A stretch of 64,000 bases of DNA from Macrostomum lignano (Eukaryota), in the NCBI GenBank assembly GCA_002269645.1, contig NIVC01000064.1, forward strand, positions 1 to 64,000. The letters are read 5' to 3'. A program made the position numbers and the translations under genes. The notes beneath the pieces are model-generated. The model did not search any database, was not told where the DNA came from, and saw nothing but the letters and a program-made list of their open reading frames with translations. Shown one piece after another: positions 51,760 to 63,634 of the stretch (its first letter is position 1; each line of letters begins with the position of its first letter).

Positions 51760-52345
51760 TGGCATTACTGCACATTCCTCAGACTCCTTTGAGCAGGCAA
51801 ACAAGCTACAGAAACGAGTCATTAGTGATTTTATGAGCTCATTACACTTTTAGCTACAGAAATGAGTCATTAGTGATTTTGTGAGCTCATTACACTTTAG
51901 CTACAGAAATGAGTCATTAGTGATTGTATGATCGCATTTTTGTTTTAACTAGTTGTGAGTCATTTGCCATGTTTATTTTGATTTTTAGTGGCAGGGGCTG
52001 TGTGCACCCTGGCGCACTTTCAGCGACATTGTCACACAACCGGCGAGAGGCATTACTGCCCATTCCGCCGACTCCCCTGAGCAGGCACACGAGCGCGCGG
52101 ATACGTACGCAGTCACACGCACAGGCACACACTCACACAGGAGTGTACAGCGGCCCTGACTTTATTTATCGTTAGGCATGTACACTTCCCTGTGCCTGGG
52201 GGTTGGCGCTCAAGGCCGTTAATTGCACGAGCAGAGCCAAGCCGAGATTCCAATTTAGCCTCAAAATTAATGTGACTGCACTGGGAATCGAGCCTGGGAC
52301 CGCTGGCACACCAGAGCGGCCCAAGATACAAGCTATCAGCCACGC
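51760..52345 (-). mobile_element. Copy 3 (most complete) of the SINE-like element: tRNA-like head ~52345-52275, body, ~47-bp satellite tail, extra body fragment
   Basis: Minus strand has GGCTGATAGC...GGTCCCAGGCTCGATTCCCAG (B-box-like), then the body shared with copies 1 and 2, then ~3 satellite units. Confidence 0.7.
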
Positions 52346-53021
52346 CTTAACTCCAACTCTTCCTTTGATGCTTGGACTACCAACAACTCCCAACTGACCC
52401 TTGGTATCTGAGCACCTCCCCCCGCTATGAGCCACAGCATTTCAGCGACCCCCGTGAGCTTTGACATCTCAGCAATTCTCGAAATAAAGAAAAACTCGAA
52501 AAAGCTACTAGTTAGTTTTGCACTTTTAGTATAATCGCATCAACTGGTAGTTTGATATATAGAGCTGAGTCTTTCAATTATGAGTATTGCTGTTGTCAGT
52601 GGAGCTGAGTGGAGTATCAGGTGGATCAAGTGGAGCATCCCCGTTCGCTGCATCAGCAGCCACTTGCCACAGAGCTGCACTCGACCAGAGCCAAAAAGCC
52701 TGTCAAGTGGAAAATTCCATTAAAAATGGGCACTTAGTGTCAAATATGAATTTCTGTGGCCAGAATTCTCCACTTAATTGGTTTTTAATGTATTAGAGAG
52801 CAGAGCCCTCAACAGCTTGGATTCAACCTAAACGCGTAAATAAATCCACTTAACTAAGAAAAGCAATGGATAAAACAATCAGTAGGGAGAAAGTTTTTAA
52901 TATATTTTAGTCTGGTTAATATCGATTAAGCATCGCAAACACCATTTTTAGATGCAAAAAGAACTTAAAATCACAGAGCTTGCACAGAATCTTCAATTGG
53001 CCTTTATTTAGAACTGAAAAC

Positions 53022-53165
53022 AGAGGATCTGGGAGGCTGGCCCAGCAACTGAGGATCTGGGAGGCTGGCCCAGCAACTGAGGATCTGGGAGGCTGGCCCA
53101 GCAACTGAGGATCTGGGAGGCTGGCCCAGCAACTGAGGATCTGGGAGGCTGGCCCAGCAACTGAT
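53022..53165. repeat. 28-bp minisatellite (inverse of 23455-23882), ~5 perfect copies just downstream of the ASCC1 stop
   Basis: gaggatctgggaggctggcccagcaact repeated. Confidence 0.93.
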
Positions 53166-53280
53166 GATAACTCTAAAAAATCAATACAGATAGAGAATTG
53201 TGCACAAGCTGTATGCAAAAATCGATCAAAACAAAAGACTGGAGCACAACTGCCAAATCATGGGCTACTCGGTCAGAATG

Positions 53281-55809
53281 TCAGCTAGGCAAAATAGGAA
53301 TCCGGTGCTCGCAAGCATAGTAAGAGTCCTTAGAAGTGCCAGAGGAGGACTTTGACAATTGGATACTGTCTGGCTGACAGCTGCCGAAATCAAAATTAGA
53401 AAATTTGCTAAGCAGATGAGCGGCATCGAAACTTAGCGATCGATTCTGACGATTGTCCGATGAGTCTGCGGCGTACCTGTCCGGGGATGGTGGGATTTAA
53501 TTGCTAACGGACAGTGATTACTCATGCTAACTGGATTCTTCAAGGCACTTAAGTCCTACTATTTGTACCATAATTCTTTGCAGAGGGGGCGCCAGCTACA
53601 CAGGAGACGCCAGCTACAGAGGGGGCGCCAGCTAAAGAGGGGCGCCAGCTACAGAGGGGGCGCCAGTTACAGAGGGGGCGCCAGTTACAGAGGGGGCGCC
53701 AGCTACAGAGGGGGCGCCAGTTACAGAGGGGGCGCCAGCTACAGAGGGGGCGCCAGCTACAGAGGGGGCGCCAGCTACAGAGGAGCGCCAGCTACAGAGG
53801 GGACGACAGCTACAGAGGGGCGCCAGCTACAGAGGGGCGCCAGCTACAGAGGGGGCGCCAGCTACAGAGGGGCGCCAGCTACAGAGGGCACACCAGCTAT
53901 ACAGAAGCGGCGCCGGCTACAGAGGGCACACCAGCTATACAGAAGCGGCGCCGGCTACAGAGGGCACACCAGCTATACAGAAGCGGCGCCGGCTACAGAG
54001 GGCACACCAGCTATACAGAAGCGGCGCCGGCTACAGAGGGCACACCAGCTATACAGAAGCGGCGCCGGCTACAGAGGGCACACCAGCTATACAGAAGCGG
54101 CGCCGGCTACAGAGGGCTTTGATAAAGCATGAATGATCACCTGGCATTCATCAGAGTGACGTGCAGTTTCACCCCCTCCCTGCCTGGCTGGGCCCTGGCC
54201 AATGACTGGAACTGGTCAGCCAGAGCATTAGCAATAGCCTGCAGTCTGCCTGTGGGCTCACACAGCTGAGCGTAGAGCACTTTAGTGTCACTCGTGTCGT
54301 CGTTCATGATTTCTAGGCCGCTCAGGCTCACGGTTAGAGGGCCGCTGGATGTTTCAATGCGAGGTGTGTCAATGATGTAGCTTAAATTCACTCTTTTAAA
54401 ATGGCATATTGCTAATCTATCTAAAAATGGCATCGCTAATTTATCTAAAAATGGCATATTGCTAATCTATCTGAAAATGGCATCGCTAATTTATCTAAAA
54501 ATGGCATATTGCTAATCTATCTAAAAATGGCATCGCTAATTTATCTAAAAATGGCATATTGCTAATCTATCTGAAAATGGCATCGCTAATTTATCTAAAA
54601 ATGGCATACTGCTAATCTATCTAAAAATGGCATATTGCTAATCTATCTAAAAATGGCATATTGCTAATCTATCTAAAAAAGGCATATTGCTAATCTATCT
54701 AAAAAAGGCATATTGCTAATCTATCTAAAAATGGCATATTGCTTATCTATCTAAAAATGGCATACTGCTAATCTATCTAAAAATGGCATACTGCTAATCT
54801 ATCTAAAAATGGCATATTGCTAATCTATCTAAAAATGGCATACTGCTAATCTATCTAAAAATGGCATATTGCTAATCTATCTAAAAAAGGCATATTGCTA
54901 ATCTATCTAAAAAAGGCATATTGCTAATCTATCTAAAAAAGGCATATTGCTAATCTATCTAAAAATGGCATATTGCTAATCTATCTAAAAATGGCATATT
55001 GCTTATCTATCTAAAAATGACAAGATCTCGCACCTATCCACTCGCATCAGCTCGGGCAGTCTGTCCCGACCAAACTCGTCCAGCAGCCGCTTGGCCCTGG
55101 CCACCTCCTGGCTGGTAAGCAGGAGCAGCGGAGCGCAGGTCACGTGCAGCCTAGCGGCACCCTGGAACACTCCATCGTTAATGCCGCGATCTCCGCCGCA
55201 CCATTTCAAGGCGCTGTCGCGGAACTGCTCGTACCGATGCCTCACCGACTCCGCGGCCAAACTGATGGATAAGAAATGCGTAATTGGCAGCCGGTCTCTC
55301 GCGTCGGCTAGCAACAATTCGATTCGAGTTTTAGCCGAAGCCAGCTGAGCTTTAGTCCTGCCCAGAGCCAGCACGGGAGACTCGGTATCTCCCATTCGGG
55401 GAATTATCAACTCTACGCCAGTTTCCGCTTCTAAGCGTCGTTTCGCGTCGCCATGACGACCGATTAGAAATTTGTGAAACGCCGACGGAATCGGCAGTCG
55501 CAGCCGGTAGCGGCCAGTCCGATTGTCGCTGTCAATCTGACAGCCGGATAGTTGCTCCTCAATTTCGTCGCATTTTACAGCGGCAGCGGCGACTCTACAG
55601 GTGGCCGCTTCAGCCGCGTCGTCGCCATAGCAACTATCTGGCATAGATTCGGATTCTAGCTGACCAACTGGTCGGATATTTTGATGCTGACGAGGCTGAT
55701 TTACACTGGACAAATTGTTGCTAGGGGAAGAGTCGGCTAACGGGTTTAACCTGTAGCAATATTCTGCACCGATCCAGAGCAGTTCGGGATTCAGGGTTGC
55801 GCGACTCAT
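53281..55809 (-). CDS. ASCC1: ASCC1 (KH + 2H phosphoesterase-like), 391 aa; exons 55809-55034, 54344-54141, 53476-53281
   Basis: LNPELLWI..YRLNP, KH GxxG (IGRHGD), ITHFLS, two H.T motifs (LHVTC, KLHVTLMN), FDA..L..F..FDFG, YYAC. Exon sum 1176 nt. Confidence 0.93.
53578..54117. repeat. Compound minisatellite: 18-bp gggggcgccagctacaga then 38-bp derivative x6 (ASCC1 intron 2)
   Basis: Directly visible. Confidence 0.92.
54395..55020. repeat. 26-bp minisatellite gctaatctatctaaaaatggcatatt, ~24 copies (ASCC1 intron 1)
   Basis: Directly visible. Confidence 0.95.
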
Positions 55810-55894
55810 TCCGGCTTTTGGCAGCAAGTTGTGAGTGGGCAGCTAAATAAGTAGATTTATTGAGCCCTGCGAGCAATCAGCAGACACTTGTCTG

Positions 55895-58010
55895 CCGCGT
55901 AACATTGTCCATTGAGTATCCTTGTCCATTGGGCATCCCTGTCCATTGGGTATCCTTGTCCATTGGGTATCCTTGTCCATTGGGAATCCCTGTCCATTGG
56001 GTATCCTTGTCCATTGGGTATCCTTGTCCATTGGGTATCCTTGTCCATTGGGTAACCTTGTCCATTGGGTAATCTTGTCCATTGGGTAACCTTGTCCACT
56101 GGGTATCCTTGTCCATTGGGTAATCTTGTCCATTGGGTAATCTTGTCAATTGGGTAACCTTGTCTATTGGGTACCTGGTCTATTGGGTGACATTGTCCAT
56201 TGATAACATTGTCCATTGAGTAACATTGTCCAATGGGTAATCTTTTCCATTGGGTGACATTGTCCATTGGGTAATCTTGTCCATTGGGTAATCTTGTCCA
56301 TTGGGTAATCTTGTCCATTGGGTATCCTTGTCCATTGGGTATCATTGTCCATTGGGTAACCTTGTCCATTGGGTAACCTTGTCCATTGGGTAACCCTGTC
56401 CATTGGGTATCATTGTCCATTGGGTATCCTTGTCCATTGGGTAATCTTGTCCATTGGGTAATCTTGTCCATTGGGTAACCTTGTCTATTGGGTACCTGGT
56501 CTATTGGGTGACATTGTCCATTGAGTAACATTGTCCAATGGGTAATCTTTTCCATTGGGTGACATTGTCCATTGGGTATCCTTGTCCATTGGGTACCTTG
56601 TCCATTGGATAATATTGTCTATTGGCATGGGGTGACATTGTTAATTGGGTAATCTTGTCCATTGGGTAATCTTGTCCATTGGGTATCATTGTGCATTGGG
56701 TAACATTGTCCATTGGGTATCCTTGTCCATTGGGTAATCTTGTCCATTGGGTATCCTTGTCCATTGGGTAATCTTGTCCATTGGGTAATCTTGTCCATTG
56801 GGTAACCTTGTCTATTGGGTACCTGGTCTATTGGGTGACATTGTCCATTGATAACATTGTCCATTGAGTAACATTGTCCAATGGGTAATCTTTTCCATTG
56901 GGTGACATTGTCCATTGGGTATCCTTGTCCATTGGGTATCATTGTCCATTGGGTAACCTTGTCCATTGGGTAACCCTGTCCATTGGGTATCATTGTCCAT
57001 TGGGTAACCTTGTCCATTGGGTATCATTGTCCATTGGGTAATCTTGTCCATTGGGTAATCTTGTCCATTGGGTAATCTTGTCCATTGGGTAACCTTGTCC
57101 ACTGGGTAACCTTGTCCATTGGGTATCCTTGTCCATTGGGTATCCTTGTCCATTGGGTATCCTTGTCCATTGGGTATCCTTGTCTATTGAGTATCCTTGT
57201 CCATTGGGTATCCTTGTCCATTGGGTAATCTTGTCCATTGGGTAATCTTGTCAATTGGGTAACCTTGTCTATTGGGTACCTGGTCTATTGGGTGACATTG
57301 TCCATTGATAACATTGTCCATTGAGTAACATTGTCCAATGGGTAATCTTTTCCATTGGGTATCCTTGTCCATTGGGTACCTTGTCCATTGGATAATATTG
57401 TCTATTGGCATGGGGTGACATTGTTAATTGGGTAATCTTGTCCATTGGGTAATCTTGTCCATTGGGTATCATTGTGCATTGGGTAACATTGTCCACTGGG
57501 TATCCTTGTCCATTGGGTAATCTTGTCCATTGGGTATCCTTGTCCATTGGGTAATCTTGTCCATTGGGTAATCTTGTCCATTGGGTAATCTTGTCCATTG
57601 GGTAATCTTGTCCATTGGGTAACCTTGTCTATTGGGTACCTGGTCTATTGGGTGACATTGTCCATTGAGTAACATTGTCCATTGGGTAATCTTTTCCATT
57701 GGGTGACGTTGTCCATTGGGTATCCTTGTCCATTGGGTAACCTTGTCGGTAATCTTGACCATCCTTGTCTATTGGTACCTTGTCCATTGGATAATATTGT
57801 CTATTGGCATTGGGTGACATTGTTAATTGGGTAATCTTGTCCATTGGGTATTTGTCCATTGGGTACCTTGTCGAGTGTTTGCTGGGTAAATTTTATTGGG
57901 TAGCCTTAACTGGGTAATCTTGGCCATTGGGTATTTGTCCATTGGGTACCTTGTCCAGTGTTTGCTGGGTAAATTTTATTGGGTAGCCTTAACTGGGTAA
58001 CCTCGTCTGT
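55895..58010. repeat. 17-bp minisatellite tgtccattgggtatcct, ~120 copies with higher-order blocks
   Basis: Directly visible. Confidence 0.95.
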
Positions 58011-58314
58011 AGCCTTGTCTATTAGGCGTAGGCACCTGCTTTTTATTTTTTTTGTATATCAAGTAAAATACAAAATATTTTATTTTTCATGATTAGCATC
58101 AAAGCTAAAACTTTTTTTAAAAACAAACAAGAACAGAATTTATATTTGAGCATCAGCTGTCCTGTCAGTCAATTGAGCAATAAATACACTTGATAGTTTT
58201 CATGAAATGAGCGGTGACTAAATCGAGATTATTTATTAAAGTTGTGCGCTTATGTACTCTTTCAGTAGAAAAATTAGCCTTCTGTATGCCTTTATTTATT
58301 TATATAGCTCGTAG

Positions 58315-59105
58315 ATTGGGACTGCCCCAGGCTGAGTTTCGTCCGTCTGACTTTGAACTCTCTCCTTACTGCTCTCTCATTGGCTGAGCGAGATTGGGCC
58401 TGCCCCAGGCTGAGTTTCGTCCGTCTGACTTTGAACTCTCTCCTTACTGCTCTCTCATTGGCTGAGCGAGATTGGGCCTGCCCCAGGCTGAGTTTCGTCC
58501 GTCTGACTTTGAACTCTCTCCTTACTGCTCTCTCATTGGCTGAGCGAGATTGGGCCTGCCCCAGGCTGAGTTTCGTCCGTCTGACTTTGAACTCTCTCCT
58601 TACTGCTCTCTCATTGGCTGAGCGAGATTGGGCCTGCCCAGGCTGAGTTTCGTCCGTCTGACATTTACCTCTCTTCTTACTGCTCTCTCATTGGCTGAGC
58701 GAGATTGGGCCTGCCCCAGGCTGAGTTTCGTCCGTCTGACTTTGAACTCTCTCCTTACTGCTCTCTCATTGGCTGAGCGAGATTGGGCCTGCCCCAGGCT
58801 GAGTTTCGTCCGTCTGACTTTGAACTCTCTCCTTACTGCTCTCTCATTGGCTGAGCGAGATTGGGCCTGCCCAGGCTGAGTTTCGTCCGTCTGACATTTA
58901 CCTCTCTTCTTACTGCTCTCTCATTGGCTGAGCGAGATTGGGCCTGCCCCAGGCTGAGTTTCGTCCGTCTGACTTTGAACTCTCTCCTTACTGCTCTCTC
59001 ATTGGCTGAGCGAGATTGGGCCTGCCCCAGGCTGAGTTTCGTCCGTCTGACTTTGAACTCTCTCCTTACTGCATGCTCTCTCATTGGCTGAGCTAGATTG
59101 GACCT
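58315..59105. repeat. 78-bp tandem repeat, ~10 copies, two CCAAT boxes per unit
   Basis: Directly visible; each unit contains cattggctga and gattgggc. Confidence 0.95.
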
Positions 59106-59894
59106 GCACCCTAGGCTTGAGTTTTGTCCGTAGACAAACAACAGAAAAATGTTCTACTTTTTCACAATTTGAATTGCAAGTGACAAACTTAGTTTGCCTT
59201 GTATCTAACATTCAAATGGGTGATAAAAGTACATTACAGCGAAATTGATTCACTAACATAGGACAACAAGATAACAAATGAAGTGAATTCGTATTAACAG
59301 CAGTTGCTCAATATCGGAAGACAATTCATTCATTTCAACGCGTTAGATTATACTCGTAGGCCTAATGAAAATAGCAGGTGACGTAAATTTTTTTATGACA
59401 CATTGATTAAGTCACAATTGTATTACTACTCCAAACATTACCACTAATATCAAATACTATTCAATGAATGAAATTCCCATTTGCTTCAATTGAGCAAAAC
59501 TTTCAACAAAAATTATAATTACACAGACGTTCCATCAAAACAATAAAATAACCAGCCTAAACTGTTTAAATATATTACGCTATTATTAACACAAATCAAA
59601 TTAACATTATGAATAATTTTGACAGCAGAAGTTAGCGCTTACTATGATCTGTTATGGGACTTGAAATTTGATATTGATTGCACACGACCATCCCACAAAC
59701 AATGTATCAGTATCAGTCATAAATTAACAGTTTTCTTATTACGATTCATCACAAGACTCGCTACATGAAAATGCTGTTGGTTCTTAATTAACTGACTCCA
59801 ATAGACGCCGATTAAATTCTCGTATTGAATAGTCAAAAGTAAAAAAAAACATGGGAGATGAAATCAGAACACTTCGGCGATAGATTTAAAGATA

Positions 59895-59944
59895 AAGATG
59901 TAGATAGATAGACAGATAGATAGATGGATAGATAGATAGATGGA

Positions 59945-60016
<72 letters not shown>

Positions 60017-60029
60017 TAGATAGATAGAT

Positions 60030-60061
<32 letters not shown>

Positions 60062-60103
60062 TCAGACAGACAGACAGTCAGACAGACAGACAGACAGACA
60101 GTC

Positions 60104-60136
<33 letters not shown>

Positions 60137-60163
60137 GTCAGACAGACAGACAGACAGACAGTC

Positions 60164-60200
<37 letters not shown>
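59895..60200. repeat. (GATA)n/(GACA)n microsatellite
   Basis: Directly visible. Confidence 0.95.
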
Positions 60201-60202
<2 letters not shown>

Positions 60203-60341
60203 TCTCTACCAGAATCAGAAATCAGGCACAGGGCATACAGAGGTGCAGAGAAAGGCCAGAAGTTACCTAACAAGGTCAACACGGGCTGGGCTCACAAAAC
60301 AGAAAAATTAGAAACAAACATAATTAAAACAAACAAATCAA

Positions 60342-63338
60342 TTAAAACCCTACGCCCACTCCTCCGGCAGCCGATCCCAGCAGGTTACTTCCGCTTCCGC
60401 CGCTACCACCTCGACCCCGGCCGAAACCAAACGACGGCAATGACGAATGATTCGGCGTCAAACTTCCGACAGTAGAATTCGCTGTCGATGATGTGATTGG
60501 CGAGCACGGCGACTGCTGCTGCCGCTGCTGCAGAGCAGCTGACGAACCGCCGCGACACCTGCCGCGACTTTGCTGGGCGCTATCAGCCTGCGGTATACGC
60601 AGACAGCTGGTAGCCGCACTCTCGTCGCTGCAGCCTGGTGCTATGTCGAATTCCAGCTCGGCTGATCGTCTAATTCCGCGGCCCCGACCGCTGTAACCGC
60701 CGCCGCCGCCAATGCTGCTGCTGGCAGTGCTGTAGCAGCTGACTGTGCTGTTGCTCCCGCTGGCATGATGAACTTCTGCTGGTTTTGAAACCGAGTTGCA
60801 GTGATTGTATCCTCTCCTGTCTCTGCCCTTCCCTCTCCTGTCTCTGCCTTTATCTCTCCTGTCTCTGCCTTTATCTCTCCTGTCTCTGCCCTTCCCTCTC
60901 CTGTCTCTGCCCTTCCCTCTCCTGTCTCTGCCTTTATCTCTCCTGTCTCTGCCTTTATCTCTCCTGTCTCTGCCCTTCCCTCTCCTGTCTCTGCCTTTCC
61001 CTCTCCTGTCTCTGCCTTTCCCTCTCCTGTCTCTGCCTTTCCCTCTCCTGTCTCTGCCTTTCCCTCTCCTGTCTCTGCCTTTCCCTCTCCTGTCTATGTC
61101 CTTCCCTCTCCTGTCTCTGCCTTTCCCTCTCCTGTCTCTGCCTTTCCCTCTCCTGTCTCTGCCTTTCCAAGTTTCCCTCTCCTGTCTCTGCCTTTCCCTC
61201 TCCTGTCTCTGCCTTTCCCTCTCCTGTCTCTGTCCTTCCCTATCACGTCTCTACCCCTCTCTCTCCTCCTTCTACCTGTCCCTTCCCTGCCCCCCTCTAT
61301 ATACCCCACCTATAGCAGATTTACCATCAGGTTGTTTCACAGCGTCTCCCTTGACGCGCAGGTTGCGCATCTGATCCAGTGCAGCCTGGCTAGGAATAGA
61401 GCAGAAATAGTCGCTAGGCAGGCCGCTTTCTTCAGCTTTAGCCAACTGACTAACAAAATCTACTGATGAAATCAGGGTGTCCTTAGATACACCCAGGGTG
61501 ACGTCACTTGGTAGCCTAGGCGATTTCGGAGCAGGAGCAGCAACAGAAGCAGCAACCGGAGCAGCAGAAGCAGCAACAGTCTGTTGATCTAATTTAGCGG
61601 CTGCAGATTTAGCGTGGCGCAATTTTCTACTAGTATTACTAGCAGTAGCAGCATCAGCAACAGTAGTAGCGCCAAGAAAATTTGACCAAGGCGCAAACAG
61701 ATTGCAATAGCGATGCTGCACATGTCTAGGATTATCTAGCACATCTTTGGCTTGCTGTTCGGCTAACATCCGATCTTTACTAGCCCGATAGACAGGGTTG
61801 AGCAGAGCTGAGAGCATCTCATTGTACAGCGGCAATACTTGTCTGCTTTTGTCGTAGGAAGCAACAAGCAGAGCCGGGTGTAATGGCCGTCGGCGCCAGA
61901 CGGCGGAGTCTTCGACTAGAAAGTCCTCCCGAGCTCGAGGCTCCTTGTAGGGATCCGGCTTGCCCAGGTAGGTCTGCATCAGACAGTAGAGACCGCGGCA
62001 GGCGTGGCTGCACTTGCCATCGCTGTATAACTGCTGCAGGGTGGTTGACAGCACCTGTTGGGCGGGTGGCGGATGGGATCGGGTTAGATGGGCATTTTTC
62101 TGCCTGAATTTGGGAGCTATTTTCCGATCTGAGTCTGGGGCGATTCTCCGATCTGAGTCTGGGGCGATTCTCTCCGATTTGAGTCTGGGGCGATTCTCCG
62201 AACTGAGCCTGGGGCGATTCTCTCCGATTTAAGTCTGGGACGATTCTCAGATCTGAGTCTGGGGCGATTCTCTCCGATCTGAGTCTGGGGCGATTCTCTC
62301 AGATCTGAGTCTGGGGCGATTTTTCTCCGATCTGAGTCTGGGGCGATTCTCCGATCTGAGTCTGGGGCGATTCTCCGATTTGAGTCTGGGGCGATTCTCC
62401 GATCTGAGCCTGGGGCGATTCTCTCCGATTTGAGTCTGGGGCGATTCTCTCCGATCTCAGTCTGGGGCGATTCTCTGATCTGAGTCTGGGGCGATTCTCT
62501 GATCTGAGTCTGGGGCGATTCTCAGATCTGAGTCTGGGGCGATTCTCAGATCTGAGTCTGGGGCGATTTTTCTTGTCTTGTCTAAAGCAAATATAAGAAA
62601 CGAATTACTAAACAAACCTGCAAGTCAACAAATTTAACGTTAGCATCATTGGCGCTGCAATCAAGCATGGGCAGGTGCCGTTTCAACAGCCTACAATCGT
62701 AGCTAACAACAACTAGATGTCGGTTGTAGGGCTCCCGACAAGAGCTCAGCAACTTAGCTAGACCGCTCATAACAGCAGCCGTGCAGGAGTCTAAATCAAA
62801 GAGAAATACTCGACTATTAATATCGTTAATTGGCATAGCAACCGAGATTAGGCTAGGCCGGGAGCTGGTTTTAGCTTGGCCTCGCAGATTGGCGCCATGG
62901 CACAGCACAGCTAGTAGATCTGCGGTAGCTAACGCGGCTAGGGCCCGTTCAACGCCAATTGCCGTGGTAACTAGGACGCAATTAGCGTTTGTTGCTTCGT
63001 TGAAATTCGCGTCTGCAATGTAAAAAGAACAGCGCAAATGTAACTCAGACTTTCTTATAAAATAAATTAAAACCAACACTATAACATTTCAATGATTGAA
63101 AACTACTAACAGTAGTGTAACGCAAAATGCATCCCTGATTTTAATCAATGCATTTTTACGAGGGGTGTCCCAGAAGTAGTGTCGCTTTTGCTTGCTTCCA
63201 CAAGTATTAATGCGTGTTAAAAAAATCATATGCCTTAAAAGTTAGCGGCTTATTTTAGCTTTCATGCCACGAAAGTCCGATTTTTATAAGTGCTTCCTGC
63301 TGAAAGTAGCATGAATTTGTTCGCATACCCTTAGCCAT
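60342..63338 (-). CDS. EXD1/Egalitarian-like 3'-5' exonuclease-domain protein (~528 aa); exons 63338-63329 (tentative), 63012-62618, 62054-61310, 60778-60342
   Basis: Exo-fold landmarks: LISVA..RVFLFDL, VSYDCR, FVDLQV, WRRRPLHPALL..YDK..LPLYNEM. Low-complexity tail with GRGRG motifs. Exon sum 1587 nt in frame. Confidence 0.78.
60812..61240. repeat. 21-bp pyrimidine-rich minisatellite ctctcctgtctctgcctttcc (intronic)
   Basis: Directly visible. Confidence 0.93.
62105..62570. repeat. ~26-28-bp minisatellite ggggcgattctc(tc)cgatctgagtct (intronic)
   Basis: Directly visible. Confidence 0.92.
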
Positions 63339-63464
63339 AGAAATGCACACCGCATAGTGCTTCTATGCTCACTCAGAAGAAAGCCACAAGTACAGCAATA
63401 ATAAAAACAGACATTAATGAAGCACATTTTAAGTCACAAATTGAAACCATTAAATACAAAAAGG

Positions 63465-63612
63465 TCAATTCTTTTCTTTATCGTATTCGCTTCTGGCGTC
63501 GACATCCATCCCATTGGTAGCAAGTTTGATCGTAAAGAGCAAACCATCCATTTCTCGATCAATTGTTTTAAGGCTCACATGCGGCTTGTCAGAAAAGCTT
63601 CCAACTTCGCCT
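63465..63612 (-). CDS. Probable terminal exon of an unidentified gene extending beyond the window (GEVGSFSDKPHVSLKTIDREMDGLLFTIKLATNGMDVDARSEYDKEKN*)
   Basis: ttttcacag| acceptor followed by an open 48-codon frame ending in TGA; a minisatellite-filled intron lies upstream, as for other genes here. Confidence 0.5.
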
Positions 63613-63634
63613 CTGTGAAAAGCTCAAATCGTTC

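Noticed and set aside
52270-52345. Functional tRNA gene
   Set aside because: D and T arms pair poorly and the B box is degenerate; better read as a SINE head.
53524-54132. RGGASY-repeat ORF resembling an RGG RNA-binding protein
   Set aside because: Antisense translation of the ASCC1 intron-2 minisatellite.
55843-59141. Many PNGQGYPMDK and RLSFVRLT ORFs
   Set aside because: Tandem-repeat translations.
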